Source of the DNA: Azolla caroliniana
Taxonomy: Eukaryota; Plantae; Polypodiophyta
Assembly: GCA_043228905.1 (NCBI GenBank)
Contig: JBHGNT010000016.1
Coordinates: 4,464,001 to 4,528,000, forward strand
Direction: 5' to 3'
Length of the DNA stretch: 64,000 nt
Shown piece after piece: positions 37,901 to 51,800 of the stretch; within the stretch, counting starts at the first letter, position 1; every line of letters starts with the position of its first letter. The translations under genes and the position numbers were made by a program. The notes under the pieces are model-generated. The model worked only from the letters and a program-made list of their open reading frames with translations. It was not told the origin of the DNA and searched no databases.

Positions 37901-40900
37901 GCATGATCGGCTTCTGTCCGAACATGAGCTTTGACGGCATGAACCCGGTTACCGAATTGTGCGTTGTCCGGTCCGCCCACAAGGCATAGGGTAACAGTCG
38001 TGGCCAGTTCTTGACCTGTCCTTCGCACGCCCGGAGTAGCGCTTTGACGATTGGTCCGTGCCCACGCTCCACCTTCCCGTTTGCCTCCGGATTGTACGTT
38101 GTGGTGAGCGAGAGCTTGACCCCTAACCGGTCGAACAACTCCTCGGCCTCTTCAGCATCCAACTCCCCACGGTCAGCCACGATCTTCCCGACGCACCCGT
38201 TCCGGCATATCACGTCCTCGATTAGGAATCGACACACGGCCGCGGTCGTTTTGTTTTTTAGGGCTCAGCCTTCCACTTGGTTCGTTAGGTCCTCCCGGGC
38301 CAGCACCAGATATTGCATCTGCACTACGCCCATCGGCATCGTCACCAAATCTACCATCCATTTGAAGTGGATGGCCGGAGGGTATGTAGGGTGAAGCTCG
38401 TCCTGATGTCGGACTATGGAGTGCATCTGACAGCTCTCACAAGTTTTCACGAACTGATGCACGTCCCGGTACAGTCCCGGCCACCAGTACTTCCCCTTTA
38501 GTTTATCGAACATGGTAGGCCTTCAACAATTCCTCCTGTTCCTCCTTGATCGCCACTAGTCGGAGCGGGATGCCGTTCCTCTTCTTCGGGTGCTTCCACA
38601 AGTATCCGTCCCGGAGAAAGAATCGGTACGCTTTCTTCCGGATCTGGTTGGCCTCGTCCCTTGTCCAGGATGCGTCCGGCATCATTGTCCTTAAGAATCC
38701 CCCAATCTGCAGCCACTCCCCGTTGTACTTGCTCTCGTTGAAATCGTTAAGCGCCGGAGTGCTTCCCCGCTCGGTTGTTACGTAAGCCGCCTCGAAGAAG
38801 TCTACGCCGACTTCCTCGTCCTCCGAAACCATGCCGCCCTCGTCGTCGAATCGCGCCATCGAAAACATGTCGGCCATGGCATTGTCTTTCCTGGAAATGT
38901 GTCGTATTTCTGGATCCAGGGACTTGATGTACGCTATCCACCTGAGCATTGCCAGGTCCGGGGTTGCGCATCCGGAAACCATGCCGAGAATCGGCAGGTA
39001 GTCCGTCTCGATAATCACCTCTGTCCTAATCAGATAGTCTTTATCGGCCTTTACCGCCGAAACGATACCACAGAGTTCGCGTTTAACCTGGGCGTATCCT
39101 CGCTGTCGCTCACTGAGGACCTTCGCGCCGAACCGGATTGGGAACCGAATGCCGTCCTCATCTTCTCGGTTGACGACCCATCCGATCCCGGTCGGACTCG
39201 TATCTACCGTTTCGTAGATGGCAGTGCCTTTCTCATAGACAGCCTTCCGGAGTGCCGGAGCTGCAGCAAGAGACTCCTTCATCTTTCGGACTGACTCCGC
39301 ATGCTCGTCTCGCCACTCAAAATTTTGCCCCTTTTTCAGCAATCCGTATAGCGGCTCGGCAATGTGGGCGTAATGCGGGATCTATATGTGGTAGAACGCG
39401 CATGCTCCCAAGAACCTCCGTACCTCCGTGACCGAGTTACAGTTAGGCTTCATAGCGGAGATGGCTTCCACCTTGGCCGGAGACGGTTTCGGGCCATACG
39501 CTCCACATAGATGTCCGACGACCATGATATCCGATTGCCCGAAGGCCAATTTCTCCCCGGAGAAGGTTAGCCTCGCGTCCTCTAGCCTCTGCAACACCCT
39601 CTTGCAGTCGTCAATGTGTGTCGCTACGAATTTCTGGCATTCGTCCGGTCCGATCGTTTTGTCCTTTTCCTCCACCGGACATCCCTTGATCGGGATGTCA
39701 TCCAAGAATGGCATGGTGATGTCCGGGATACAATCCCTCAGCACCTTGTTCATCGCATTCACCATGTGGGCCACCGAGTTCGTCCCTCCTTGTGGGAGGG
39801 TACACATCCGCACTAGGCCGAGAGGAGTCCGCATCGTCGTAATGTCTCTGCTTTCTACGGCTAGTTGGAACTGATCGTACCCCGAGTACATATCACCGAC
39901 CGAGTAGATTGACCTTCCGGCGAAGGCCTGCATGAACTCGTCTATCATAGGTCCGATTCCTGCGTTCCGAATGGTCACTCTGTTGACCGGTTGGAGGTCG
40001 TGAATGAAGCGCAACGTCCCGTTCTTCTTCGGTACGGTAAACCACCGGTTCGAGTACGGGGCACTCGATGGTTCGAGGATGCCCATATCAACTTTCTGCC
40101 TCAATAGCTCCATCAGCTCCGGGATGTGAGCTCTCGGTACCGAAATTGGTTTGAGATTCCACGGCATATGCGGTACCGTGAATACCACCATCAGCTTCAC
40201 GACTGCCAGGTCTACGCACCTGATCTCTCCCGACGAGAATGCGAAGTCTTTCCTGTGCCTTCTGAGCATTCTCGGAAACCGGTCTTCTTCCGCCGGCAAC
40301 AGGAACCCGCCCCCACCAATCTTGAGCTCCCGTAGCGCTCTGTCGGTGAAGGCGTGCCCTATGCAGGCCGGATCTCGTAAACTGGGGTCGTACGCGACCC
40401 CTTTGATTCGTAACTCGCTGCCCTCCGGTAAGGGTGCCGCGACTGGCCTCACCTTTCGGTCGACAGTCTTGTACTTCGTGTTAACCCGGGCCGTCCTCTC
40501 TGACTCGAGCCCTCGACTGAAGTCCACGATGACTTCGTACATTTCTTCGGAACAAACCGGTATCGTCCGGTCCTCTTTAAGGCCCTCTTTGACCATCCCT
40601 CGCAGTACTCCCAAGGTATCGTCGAAGGAGACCGCCTCCACGGCTCCGTTGATTTCCTCGCTAGGCCCGAGAACTCCGCACGCCCGATGTCGCTCTTCCG
40701 CCCTCGTCTTTTCTCGGCCAAGGACGCCGACTATCGTACACCCTCCGTTGTCCGAGAAACAAAACTTCCTACTTATGGTAGAAGGTTTCTTCGGTTTCGC
40801 CTCTATCATACATTTGTGGGGTTTTCTTGGAGTGTCCGGACTGTCGCGGCCCCACGCCTTGGCCGCCCTCTCTAAAAATCCTCTCGGTTCTCGCCACCGA

Positions 40901-43900
40901 GGGACTCGCGGTTTCACTCGTGGTTCGGTCGCACCGTCAGGAACTGGACCGAATGACGCCCATCTTAACTCTTGACCCTCGTGTAAGCCGACCCGTTGTC
41001 CAGCACCTTGGTCTCCATCCGTACTACCGTAGTGTACGGTTCTCCTAGTATCACCGGGTGTGAGGACGTCTCCTGCACAAAGAAGTGCTGATCTATCTCG
41101 ACGTCGCCGATCTTGACTTGCACATTTGGGGCAGGCCCCGTGTAGTTCCTCAGTGGCGCGCGTCGCCGCCCATATCTTCCACCCGTGCTTGGTGTTGATC
41201 GGCCATTTCCCCTTCTTGTAGAAGTCCATGGACATCAGGTTTATTTCTGAACCGTGGTCCAGAGCGCCACCACCGGTTCCTGAACATCTCCGATCTTCTA
41301 CGGGGTTTCCGTGGTCGCTCGGGCCTAGTGTGGCCTCGAATAGTGGCTCTCTGCCCACTCATCTTCCAGCCCCATGTCCTCTATGTGCGTCGTCTGCACC
41401 TCCACCGGCCTTTCCGGTTCTGCCTCCGTTGACAGCCTCTTCCTCTTCACCAAGTCTACGATGGAGTCGTGGAACTCCTTCTTGGCGATTCCAAGCGACT
41501 CCCGCCATGACAATTCCACCTTGCTGTCGAGGATTCGTTCTTCCAGGACCTTTCGTAGGTTCGTGGTCCTTTCGATCTCCGTGCCGAGACGGTATCCGCC
41601 CTTCTTGTGGTTATTTCGGGTACTGGTCTCACCGGCCTCGTTCCATTTCGGCCCGAATCGGGTTTCGTATCTTTGTGAGGGTCCGGCCCCTCCGGTTTTA
41701 CCTACCCATTTGTCTTCAACCAGAGCCTCGTAGTTCTGGCAAGCTGCTTCGACGAAACCCGTCTTTTCTTCGACCGAGTCACTCCACCCGGTTACCTCCT
41801 GGACCCGCTTCTCCGCACGGTCCGCCTCGTCTTTCCTCAGTCGGGCACCGGCGAGGCCTTCCAGCACCGTCGGCCAGAACCCGGCTTTGCTCTTCTTCCG
41901 GGCCTCGCTGCCTCTGACCCGAATACCGGCTGACGCTGAGTAGTGGACGGTCTCCGTGTGCCGGGCCGCCGCCTCTTCCATCAACCTTTTCATTCCTCCT
42001 CGCCCGTCGTTTCGGTTTAGGGCCCTCCAGGTATCGCTGGCGTGCACCCGACCTTCCCACAGGTACACTACCCGGCTTCTCAAAGCCTCCGTAAAGTCCC
42101 CGTAGTCTTTCCGGATGTGGCCGACCTCGTCGCACCACATGCACCTATTTCCTGCCGGAGGCCGTCGGTCACGAGCCTGATCGCCGCCTTCCCTCCGAGC
42201 CTGGGTGATCTGGAGATCCTTTACCGCTCGTGTCAACTCCTCCAAAGTTGTCCTCCTGGACGAGCCTCTGACCACGCCGGTCGAAGCCGAACCGGTTTCG
42301 AGCCATTCCCGGGTCTCTTCCCGTCGCGCCTGCGGTATCGGTTCGAGCTTCCTTGCTGCGACAGGACCCGCCCTGGCCGCCCCTGTATCGGCCCACTCCC
42401 ACCGTTTGTCAAAACGGCCGCAGACTCTTTTTACCGCGGCCCAGTCGCATTTCTTCCTTTGTCGGGGGACTCCACCCACTCCATGAAGCCCCGCTTCGAA
42501 AGTCGAAGCGCGTCATCCAGCCCGTATTTCTCCAGGAGCCGTCCTTCGAACTCCTCCCAGGTCCGGCTCTCCGCCCGGACCTCGAGCACCTCCGCATGGA
42601 TGCCCGACATCGCCACTCGAGGGAATCCGGCTAGACGTCTCTCTTCCGGAATATCCCTCATCAACATCTCCGCCCGGTAGGACGCCAAATAACTCATGGC
42701 ATCCTTTCCACTGAACCGGCCGATCATACCAACGATCGCCTCAATAGCCCTGTCAAGGGCGCCGGTGCCCTCGCGCACGCTCACTATCCGGTCCACGGTC
42801 GAAGCCATGGCCTCTGCAAGATCCGACCCCCTCATCTTCTGCTCCTCTGCCGCCTGTTTCACGTCGGGTTCACCAAATATGTCGCGTTACTACGCGTGTG
42901 CGTGGAGAAACGAGGCGGGACCACCGGGGTCTTGAACCGAAGAGCAAGTGATAGAAGGGGAAAGAGAAAGAGAGAGACACCCGATTGCGTATGAGCAAAG
43001 GAAGACAGGGACACGGCTCGTCAACGCAGAATACACGAATGGACACAGACACAGAGAGACACGAAAGGTTGTGTATTAACGAATAACAAATAAACAACAG
43101 AGCATGCGAGCGGTTACAACCGAACAGGCCGACGAACAGACGCCGATGCCTGCTCGTCTGCGCAGGAAAGGGGATAGGAAGCACACGGGCGTCCCTCGAA
43201 ACAGCGCGAGCCTCTCGAAATCCTACAGAGAAGAGCGATGGAGAATGAACAGAGGAGAAGCGTTCGGTTACGGTCCGACAACACGTCATCCTCCTTAATG
43301 TGCGATCCCCTCTCCCTCCGTCTCCCTCTCCTTTATAGCTTCAAGAAGGGAGCCGTCTCCCTCATTTACTTCCTACTTACCGAATCTAACTACCCCGGAT
43401 ATACCTATGTACCTAATTCCCTATTATATACATTAAGGGGCGCGCACGTGTGAAGAGCCGGTGCACGCGCGCTATGCACCGATTGCGCTAAGGGACGGTT
43501 TTCTTCACGACAACGTGAATATACGGCACCATATAGTCCGGAGCAGAACGGAATCGCAGAACGCATGAATCAGACGATTCAAGAACGCGTTGTATCCATG
43601 CTCCAACACTCCGGACTGTCAGATGACTTCTGGGCAGAGGCTCTACTCACAACAGTACACATAATCAATATGTCGCCAAGTAGACCTCTAGGACTTAAGC
43701 CGAATTATGACAAGTTGAGGATTTTCGGTTGCGAGGCATACGCCCTCATATCGAAAGACGACCGCCGAAAACTCGAACCGAGATCAAGGAAATGCGTTTT
43801 CCTCGGGTATGGACCCGATGGCGAGATCGGATACCGACTCTGGGACCCCAAGCACAGGCAAATCGTCTGAAGTTCGGACATCGTGTTCAACGAGTCGACT

Positions 43901-44685
43901 ATGCACAAAATGGCCGAAAGGCCTATTGAAGTCCGAAGGGTAATATTTTTCGAAGTGCCAACCGTTCATGATGGCCCAACGCACAACATGAGATCGGTTT
44001 CACGGGTAACCGACTTCTCTCGCACCGAATCCACAAATTCGGCACAACCGAATGGCTCGGCTTCTGACCATCCGATATCGACACCCGGTGCGACTAGTCC
44101 AGTCATACCTCGAAGATCCGAGAGACTGTCGCAACCTCCGGAAAGATACTCTCCCGGAATTTTCTTCACCGACACCGGCGAACCGACGTCCTACGAAGAA
44201 GCATCGGCAGCTACCGATTCAGCCACCTGGCATCTGGCAATGGAGTCGGAAATGCACTCCATCCGCGCCAACAAAACTTGGGATCTGGTTGACTTACCGA
44301 AGACTCGACGTGCTCTTCCTTGCAAGTGGGTCTATAGACTAAAGGAGACGTCCGACTCGACCACCCCAAAGTGCAAGGCCAGATTAGTTGCGAAGGAATT
44401 TCGACAGGAATATGGCGTCGATTTCGACGAAATCTTTTCACCAGTGGTGAAAATGACAACCCTTCGTTTCATGCTCGGTGTTGTGGCTGTCGACAATTTG
44501 GAGTTGATTCAGCTAGATGTGAAAATGGCATTCCTCCACGGTGATCTAAAGGAGGAAATCTACATGGAGCAGCCGAAAGGCTTTGTGGCCACCGGTCAGG
44601 AACATCTAGTCTGCTGACTCAGGAAGAGTCTTTATGGCCTGAAACAGGCACCCCGACAGTGGTACAAGAAGTTCGACGATTTCAT
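31725..44685 (+). mobile_element. Ty1/copia retrotransposon 2 (element B). 5' LTR 31725-32066, gag-PR-IN-RT, interrupted by D and cut by E.
   Basis: Perfect iMet PBS TGGTATCAGAGC 32069-32080; RRFDGSNFNFWK; CNYCKKPGHIKADC; WLLDSGASYH; GIRR|EYTAPYSPEQNG restored across D; RT KARLVAK...QLDVKMAFLHG; ends at QWYKKFDDFI. Confidence 0.93.
34506..43512 (-). mobile_element. Ty3/gypsy element D with three LTRs (42880-43512, 36694-37339, 34506-35154) and duplicated RNase H-IN
   Basis: PBS TGGTGAACCCGACGTGA (tRNA-Trp-type; plus strand 42859-42875); canonical PPT ggttaggtgggggcgga before both downstream LTRs; gag CMWCDEVGH; PR DHGSEIN; RT FLDD; 4-bp TSD ACAT/ACGT. Confidence 0.93.
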
Positions 44686-47600
44686 TGTTATCGGCCGGCA
44701 AAGGAGTCCAGAGTGGGAAACGGAGAGTTAATTAAGTAGTAGGAATGTGGTTGTAATTAAGCTATGAGTGTGGACGGACGGACCGGAAACGGTATGCCGT
44801 TCCGGATCCGGACCGATCCCGAACAAGTGCGGATGGCACCGTTTTGTAATACAGACCGGAAACCTATTTAAAGGCCCGGATACAATGTAATAGTTAGCGG
44901 TTAATTAATGAAAGCTTAAGCGTTGTTATCTCTCTGTGTTAATTGTCGTTCTGTCTTAATTGTTATATCTTACGCGTGTGTTATGAAAGACGATCATAAT
45001 AAGTAACTTAATCAAGTAGGATGAAGCGTTGAAGTCTAATCCGGTTTCCGTAACACCCTTTGGTGAAGTGTCTTCCGTAGACACCCTGTGTTAGGCCAGT
45101 GTCCGGCCCGAAGAGTTAACACAGTTTTTTGGCGACCACGATTCATGTTTTTGCAGCGAACGACGGCAAGGATGGATGTCTAGATCAACGCACGACCTGG
45201 TCACAGATCGAACTCGACGCCTTGCCGAAAGGCAAAGGAGACGCGAGGCTTTCCAGCAAGCGACGCAGGAAATTAGAGTGGATCGCTTGTTTTCCAACGT
45301 AATCCGGAGAGTAGCGGAGGACTCCCTCTGGTTATAGCAAACATTGCACCCGGACGACGGCAGTAGCCTAAGCAGCCTCCGGGAAACCAAATCCCTTCTC
45401 CACGCGTTGGCAAACGGAGAAGGCGAAGTAGAGGCCTTTTCAACATATGAATCGGACTCCGAAGGGGAATACAGCGTGCACACGAACTACCGTAGCAGCA
45501 ACGAAACCCCGGGCGGACCGGAGGACGAAGGATCGGATACCTTACCGACACCAGAACCGGAAGTGCTAACGCTAGAACCCCCGGAACCAGCAGAGGAAGA
45601 GCGACCTCCGACACCGGAAGTCGAAGAGGAGAGGCCTCCCTCACCAAAGGAAGAGGAAAAACCACCGACGCCGGAAACAAATCGGGAAAGACCACCGACA
45701 CCGGAGAAGATTCCGGAACGAGCACCAACACTGCCAGCCCGCGCACCAATACCTGACGACGACATGCCGTTCCAGTACTCCAAGTATAGAGATGATCCGG
45801 ACGCGGAAGCTCATGTGCACGCCTTTGAACAGACATAGGAAGCCAACCATGTGTCCCAGCGATTGACCCCGAAGGAAGAAGAACGCTCTAAGATAGCGGA
45901 ATTTGGCGTCACATTGGAGGGACCGGCAGCAAGATGGCGCCGGACGCAGGACCCGTCTACCATCAACACCTTCGCAAATTTAAAAGCTAAATTCTTGCAT
46001 TTTTTTCAAAAGGAGGTGGACCAGACCGTAATGGTAGGCTTATTTTATACCATCCGGCAAGAGGCAGGGGAGAGCATTCCCCAATTTGTCATCCGGTTTC
46101 AACGGATGCATAGTCAGCTTGCCCGCGCACCCCCGGAAGAGGAATTACGGACTATATTCCTAAACGCGCTCCGGGAACCCCTACGCACGGTTTGCACGGT
46201 AATCGACTTCCGCACAAGTACCATCGACCAGGTCATTGACCGGGTGAGAGAGATGGAAAAGACAAGCTCTTGGCTCACACTGGGAGCACTTCAACGGGCG
46301 TTACCGTCCGATGAAGACCTCCGGTTTCGGCAAGCAATACAGTGCACAACCTGCTTGAATTCCGGACACTCAGCTCTAGAATGCACTATGAGGATGCAAT
46401 GTGTAATCTGTCAATCCAAGAGCCATACGACGGATAGGTGCAAGTATAATCTGTTGAATCGGCAAGCACCGCCCGTCCGACAAATTGAGCCACGCAGCAG
46501 CCGGGATGAAGAAGACGAACGCTGGCGGCGAATGGACCGTGACCGACCGGCACAGGATGTCCGGTATGGCGAGCGACGGGAAAATGATGTCCGGTATTGT
46601 GATCGGCGGGATAACTATGACCGGCATGATCGGTACCAGGATTACAATAGACGATACGAACATTACGACCGGGAGATATAATGGGCAACCCCGTCAAGAG
46701 TACCGTAATATGAAGAGCTATAACAAAAAACGGCATTTTAAAAAAGGCAGCTACCCCCGGGATCCGGAACAAGAAGCTCCAAGTAGCCAACCGGTACAAA
46801 ACCCTACGCGTACCGCAGGACCTGCCCCGGGTACAACAGACAATGCCGAATCTAGCAATACCCGGAAGGCCTACTGCTACTACTGCCGACAGGAAGGCCA
46901 TTATAGTAACCAATGCCCGGTGAAAAGCTATGAAAAACGACCGGCGGTAAATATGGTAGTCCTTGAGGTGGCAGATCTGCAGCAGGTGACCACAAGGTCG
47001 AAGGGCATGGCCAAAGAATGGGAGACACAGGAGACCATCCAGAAACAAGCGACGGAATGGGTAAAGAAAGCAAACGAGCAGAATGTCACAGACTTACAGC
47101 GGCAAAAGGAGAACACTGCAGGGCTTGCCGGCGGTAGTCACTCTGAGAACGAGACATGGCAGGCGTTGCAAGAATGCCAGATTACGTTACCACTAGGAAG
47201 ACTGCTACAACTCGTGCCAAGATTCACAGAAGGACTGAAGACGGCCATGACGGCAGGAGAACCATCACCGACACCGGTGCTCTTCTCGAATCCGGAGGAA
47301 GGACCAACGGTGGTGGACACCAGCAGTCCGGTAATCACTGCCATTGTAAAAGGGAAAGAACTCCCCGGCACAGTTATAGACGGAGGCTCTGGGGTAAATG
47401 TCATAAGCCTTCGGACATGTGATGACCTAGGAATCCACGAGTGGGAGCCATGTCCGTTCTAGTTGCGGATGGCCGATACAAGCTCAGTGCGGCCGACAGG
47501 ATTAATATGGAAATTAGAAGTCATCGTCGGCGGTCATACATTTCACATCTCGGCCGTAGTGCTACAATTACAGGCACAAGGCGCATACCCGCTATTGCTG

Positions 47601-48830
47601 GGGCGGCCATGGTTGAAAACGGCACATATCAAACAGAATTGGCGGAAAAATATAATTACCTTCCGGCGATGAAAAGCCAAGGTACGGGTACCAACACAGC
47701 CAAGGACGAGCACTAGCAAGGAATGTACACCATTATATGCAGAATGCGTCAACATGCTAGAAGGGGTAGCGGACGAAGAAGAAGATCAATACCTGCAGGA
47801 AAACCCGAAGATCATACCCCTCTTCGAAATTGACATTGCCGAAGTAGTGGCACCATACTTACCGCAACCGGAAGAGGCTGAAGCAGAACCAGATAAAGAC
47901 GCAATCCGGGAGTTACGGCAAGCACAAGAAGCGTTGGAACGGGAAATGGTCGTTTCACAGCGCGTGAAAGCGTCGCAACTGGAAGAGGTGAATCTAGGCA
48001 CCACGGACGAAGCAAAACCGGTGCACATCGCCAAGGAGATGAAGTCCGGAGACAAAACGGCGATGATAACACTTCTCACGGAATTTCGCGACGTATTCGC
48101 CTGGTCATACGAAGATATGCGAGGACTCGACCCTCAGTTATACCAGCATCAAGTGCACTTGAGCAAGGACGCAAAACCAGTGGCACAAAGATGGTACCGG
48201 ATGAATCCCAATTATGCCGCCAAAGTCAAGGAGGAAATCGACAAACTGCTAAGAGTTGGCTTTATCCGTCCGGTAAAGAAAGCGACATGGCTGAGCCCAA
48301 TCGTAGTCGTACCGAAGAAGAACGGAAAAATTCGAGTTTGCGTGGACTACCGGAAACTCAATGCGGCTACGATAACGGATGCGTTTCCACTTCCGTTCAC
48401 AAATGGAGTGTTGGATGCCGTCGCCGGCCATGAGGTCTATAGCTTCCTAGACGGATTCAGCGGGTATAATCAGATCCGGATGCACCCTGATGACCAAGAG
48501 CCGTGGTGATGATGTTCGGACTCAAAACGGCACCGGCAACATTTCAACGAATCATCATGGAAATCTTTGGTGAATATATACCGGCTTTTATGCAGGTTTT
48601 CCTTGACGATTTCATCGTCTATAGTCGGGAGGAGGACCATTTTTCAGCACCTCCGTCGTTGTCTAGAAAAGTGTAGAGCGTACTAGCTAAGCTTGAATCC
48701 GGAAAAGTGTGTATTTGGCGTGTCCAGTGGAACGTTATTAGGACATATTGTGAGCCAGGAAGGTATTGCAGTCGACCCGGACAAAGTGAAAGCCATATTA
48801 GAAGCACCGGCGCCGATAACGGCAAAGGCC
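44686..48830 (+). mobile_element. Ty3/gypsy element E (same LTR family as G). 5' LTR 44686-45121, gag-PR-RT, 3'-truncated.
   Basis: PBS TGGCGACCACG at 45130; gag 45851-46681; CYYCRQEGHYSNQC; IDGGSGVN; RT continues to KAILEAPAPITAKA. Confidence 0.9.
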
Positions 48831-51800
48831 AACGTTACATGTTTTAAATGTAACCAACCAGGCCACTACGCCACACAATGCCCAACAACCGACCGTGGCA
48901 AGGCACCCGCGGTGAACAATATCATGGCCGATGTTCAAACCGTTACTACCCGGAGTAAAGCGCAGACTACACAGTGGCAAATCCAAGATGAAGTCCGTCA
49001 GGCAGCAAAAGAATGGATCGACACGACCAATAAAAATAATGTCGTGCGCATGCAAACTGACATGAGAGATGGGCCCAGTGGAGCACCACAAACGTCGGTA
49101 CCATCCACGTCGTCGGAGGACGACCAGCTATGGGATGCTCTTACCAACTCTCGCATCTCGCTGCCCCTACATAAGCTGTTACCACTCATGCCGAGATTTC
49201 GGGACACTCTGGCTGCACTCCAGGCCAATACTAAGCCCGTAACGCCACCGGTTCACCTCACCGAACCAAGCACAGGACCACTACTCATGGATTCTCAAAA
49301 CCCAGCCATGAAAATCATCATTAAAGGGCAAGCCTTGCACGGATGCATCATCGACGGCGGATCTGGCGTAACATTATTAGCGAGACAACTTGTCACAACC
49401 TCGGCCTAAATCAATGGGAACCATGCCCCTTTTGGCTTCGGATGGCCGACACCCACTCCATTCGCCCCATTGGTTTAATCCGCCACCTCGACTTCACACT
49501 CGGAAGCCACATGTTCACAATCTCGGCCGTCGTGCTAAGACTAGAGACACAAGGCGCCTACCCAATGTTACTAGGTAGACCATGGTTGCGTACAACGAAT
49601 ATCAAGCAACATTGGCAACACAACATGATCTCCTTCCGACGAGGCAAGATAAAGGTTCGAATTATCACGGAAGAATGCGTCCCCGCGGTCCTCAATGCTT
49701 CGTCGTTATACGCGGAGGGGGTCCATATGCTTGACAGTTTGGCCGATGAGGAGGTCGATGACGTCCTAGAGGATCATCCCACGATCATCCCACTCTTCGA
49801 AATCAACACCATACCATGCATCGAGCCACCTAAAGACGAAGAAGTCACGGAGGAATCACTGCCCCAAGATGAACCGGATCCAACCACAGTTGCAGAGCTA
49901 CGCCATGCTCGGGATGCTTTCGAACGTGAGCTCGCCATTTCACAACAGGTCAAAGCATCAACATTGGAAACGATAAACCTCGGCTCGGACGAGAATCCTC
50001 GTACGTTACAAATTGCCAATAATCTACCAACCGGGGAACGGGCATCCCTCGTACGATTGCTCACCGACTACTAGGATGTTTTCGCTTGGTCTTACACCGA
50101 TATGAAGGGGCTGGACCCTCATTACTACCAACATCAAATCCACCTCTTACCCGACACTCGGCCGGTTCAGCAAAGGCGCTACAGGATGAACCCCAACTAC
50201 GCCGCTAAAGTCAAAGAGGAAATCGACAAACTACTGCGAGTTAGTTTCATTCGCCCTGTCAAACGAGCCATGTGGTTAAGCCCGATCATAGTCGTCCCAA
50301 AGAAGAACGGAAAAATCCGAGTCTGCGTCGACTATCGGAAGCTTAACGCGGCCACATTGACCGACGGTTTCCCTCTCCCGTTCACGGACAGCGTCCTCGA
50401 CACAGTAGCAGGCCACGAATGCTACAGTTTCCTCGACGGGTTCAGCGGCTATAACCAGATAAAAATGCACCTGGAGGATCAGGAGAAAACCGCATTCGTC
50501 ACGGAATGGGGTGTTTTTGTGGCAGAAGTAATGATGTTCGGTCTAAAAACGGCGTCAGCTACGTTCCAACGCATCATCACTGAAATCTTTCACGACTACA
50601 TCCCGGCGTTCATGCAAGTCTTTCTCGACAATTTACCGGATGCCAGCTTATTTAACCTGACCACAATGCCAGACGATAACGAAGATGAATGGATCACGGA
50701 GATGACCCATTTTCTCAGTATCGGCCTACCTCCCGAGCACATGCCCCTTGACACGAGGAAACGCCTAGCAGTACGCAGCTGGAATTTTTGCCTCGTCTCG
50801 GACATTCTTTACCACAAAGCCTCAGACAGCATATGGCGCCAAGCGATTCGGCATTTCGAGAAGAACGTCGTTCTTCAGGAGGCCCACTAGGAAGTAGCCG
50901 GGGGACATTACGCCGGGGATTCCACGGCAAGGAAGGTTTGGCAAAGCGTATTGTGGTGGCCGACAACAAAGAAAGATGCTCACGAGTTTTGTCGACAGTG
51001 CGATTTGTGCCAACGATTCGTCAATGAAAACAGGACTGATTGGGATGACAAGCTCCAGAGCGCACTTTGGGCGTATCGTACGACTTTCAAAACGAGCATC
51101 CAATCAACCCCCTTTCGAATGGCGTTCGGGTTAGAAGCCGTGATGCCCGTCAAGTTCCAAGTCCCGAGCCTCCAAGTTCAAGTCAAAGCACGGCTCCCCG
51201 AAGCCCAATCCGAGCAATACCGGCTGAAACAACTCCTCGAACTCGGTGAAGACAGGATAGAGAGCATGGCCCAACTCAAACAACGCCAACGACAACGGAA
51301 GGCTTTCGTGGATCGACTTCGAAAAGGGCTGGAGAAGGAGCTCACCCTCGGCAAACCTGTTCTTCTTTTTCAAACATGACTCGGGTCAATGCCGGGAAAG
51401 TTAAGATTTCGATGGACCGGTCCATTCTAGATTATCGACGAGTTCAACGGGACGTTCTAGCTCGGCACACTCGCTGGCGACATTGTCAAGCGTTGGGCCA
51501 ATGGTTTCTGACTTCGACAATATCGAGGCACTACACCACTCAACCCGTTTACCGAGCCGCACGACACAAACGAGGTTTGGGAGACCACCACGGAGGAGGC
51601 CACGTGTCCCCCTCGATAAGGACCCACCCACTTTGAAATTAATAAAGTAGGTAGGAGTAACCATAGTTTAGCCGCCGATTAGCTACACCTACACCACCCA
51701 CCTAGGCACCCACAATTTTGGAGCACCCCTAGCCACCTCTCATTTAGTACCTGTTTAAGGCCCATGCACAGCACTCGAAGCACCCCACTCACCTTCAGGA

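Noticed and set aside
39428-42935. Long plus-strand ORFs (e.g. 40151-40975, 41228-41917, 42042-42680)
   Set aside because: Antisense shadows of the GC-rich gag-pol of element D, with no motifs.
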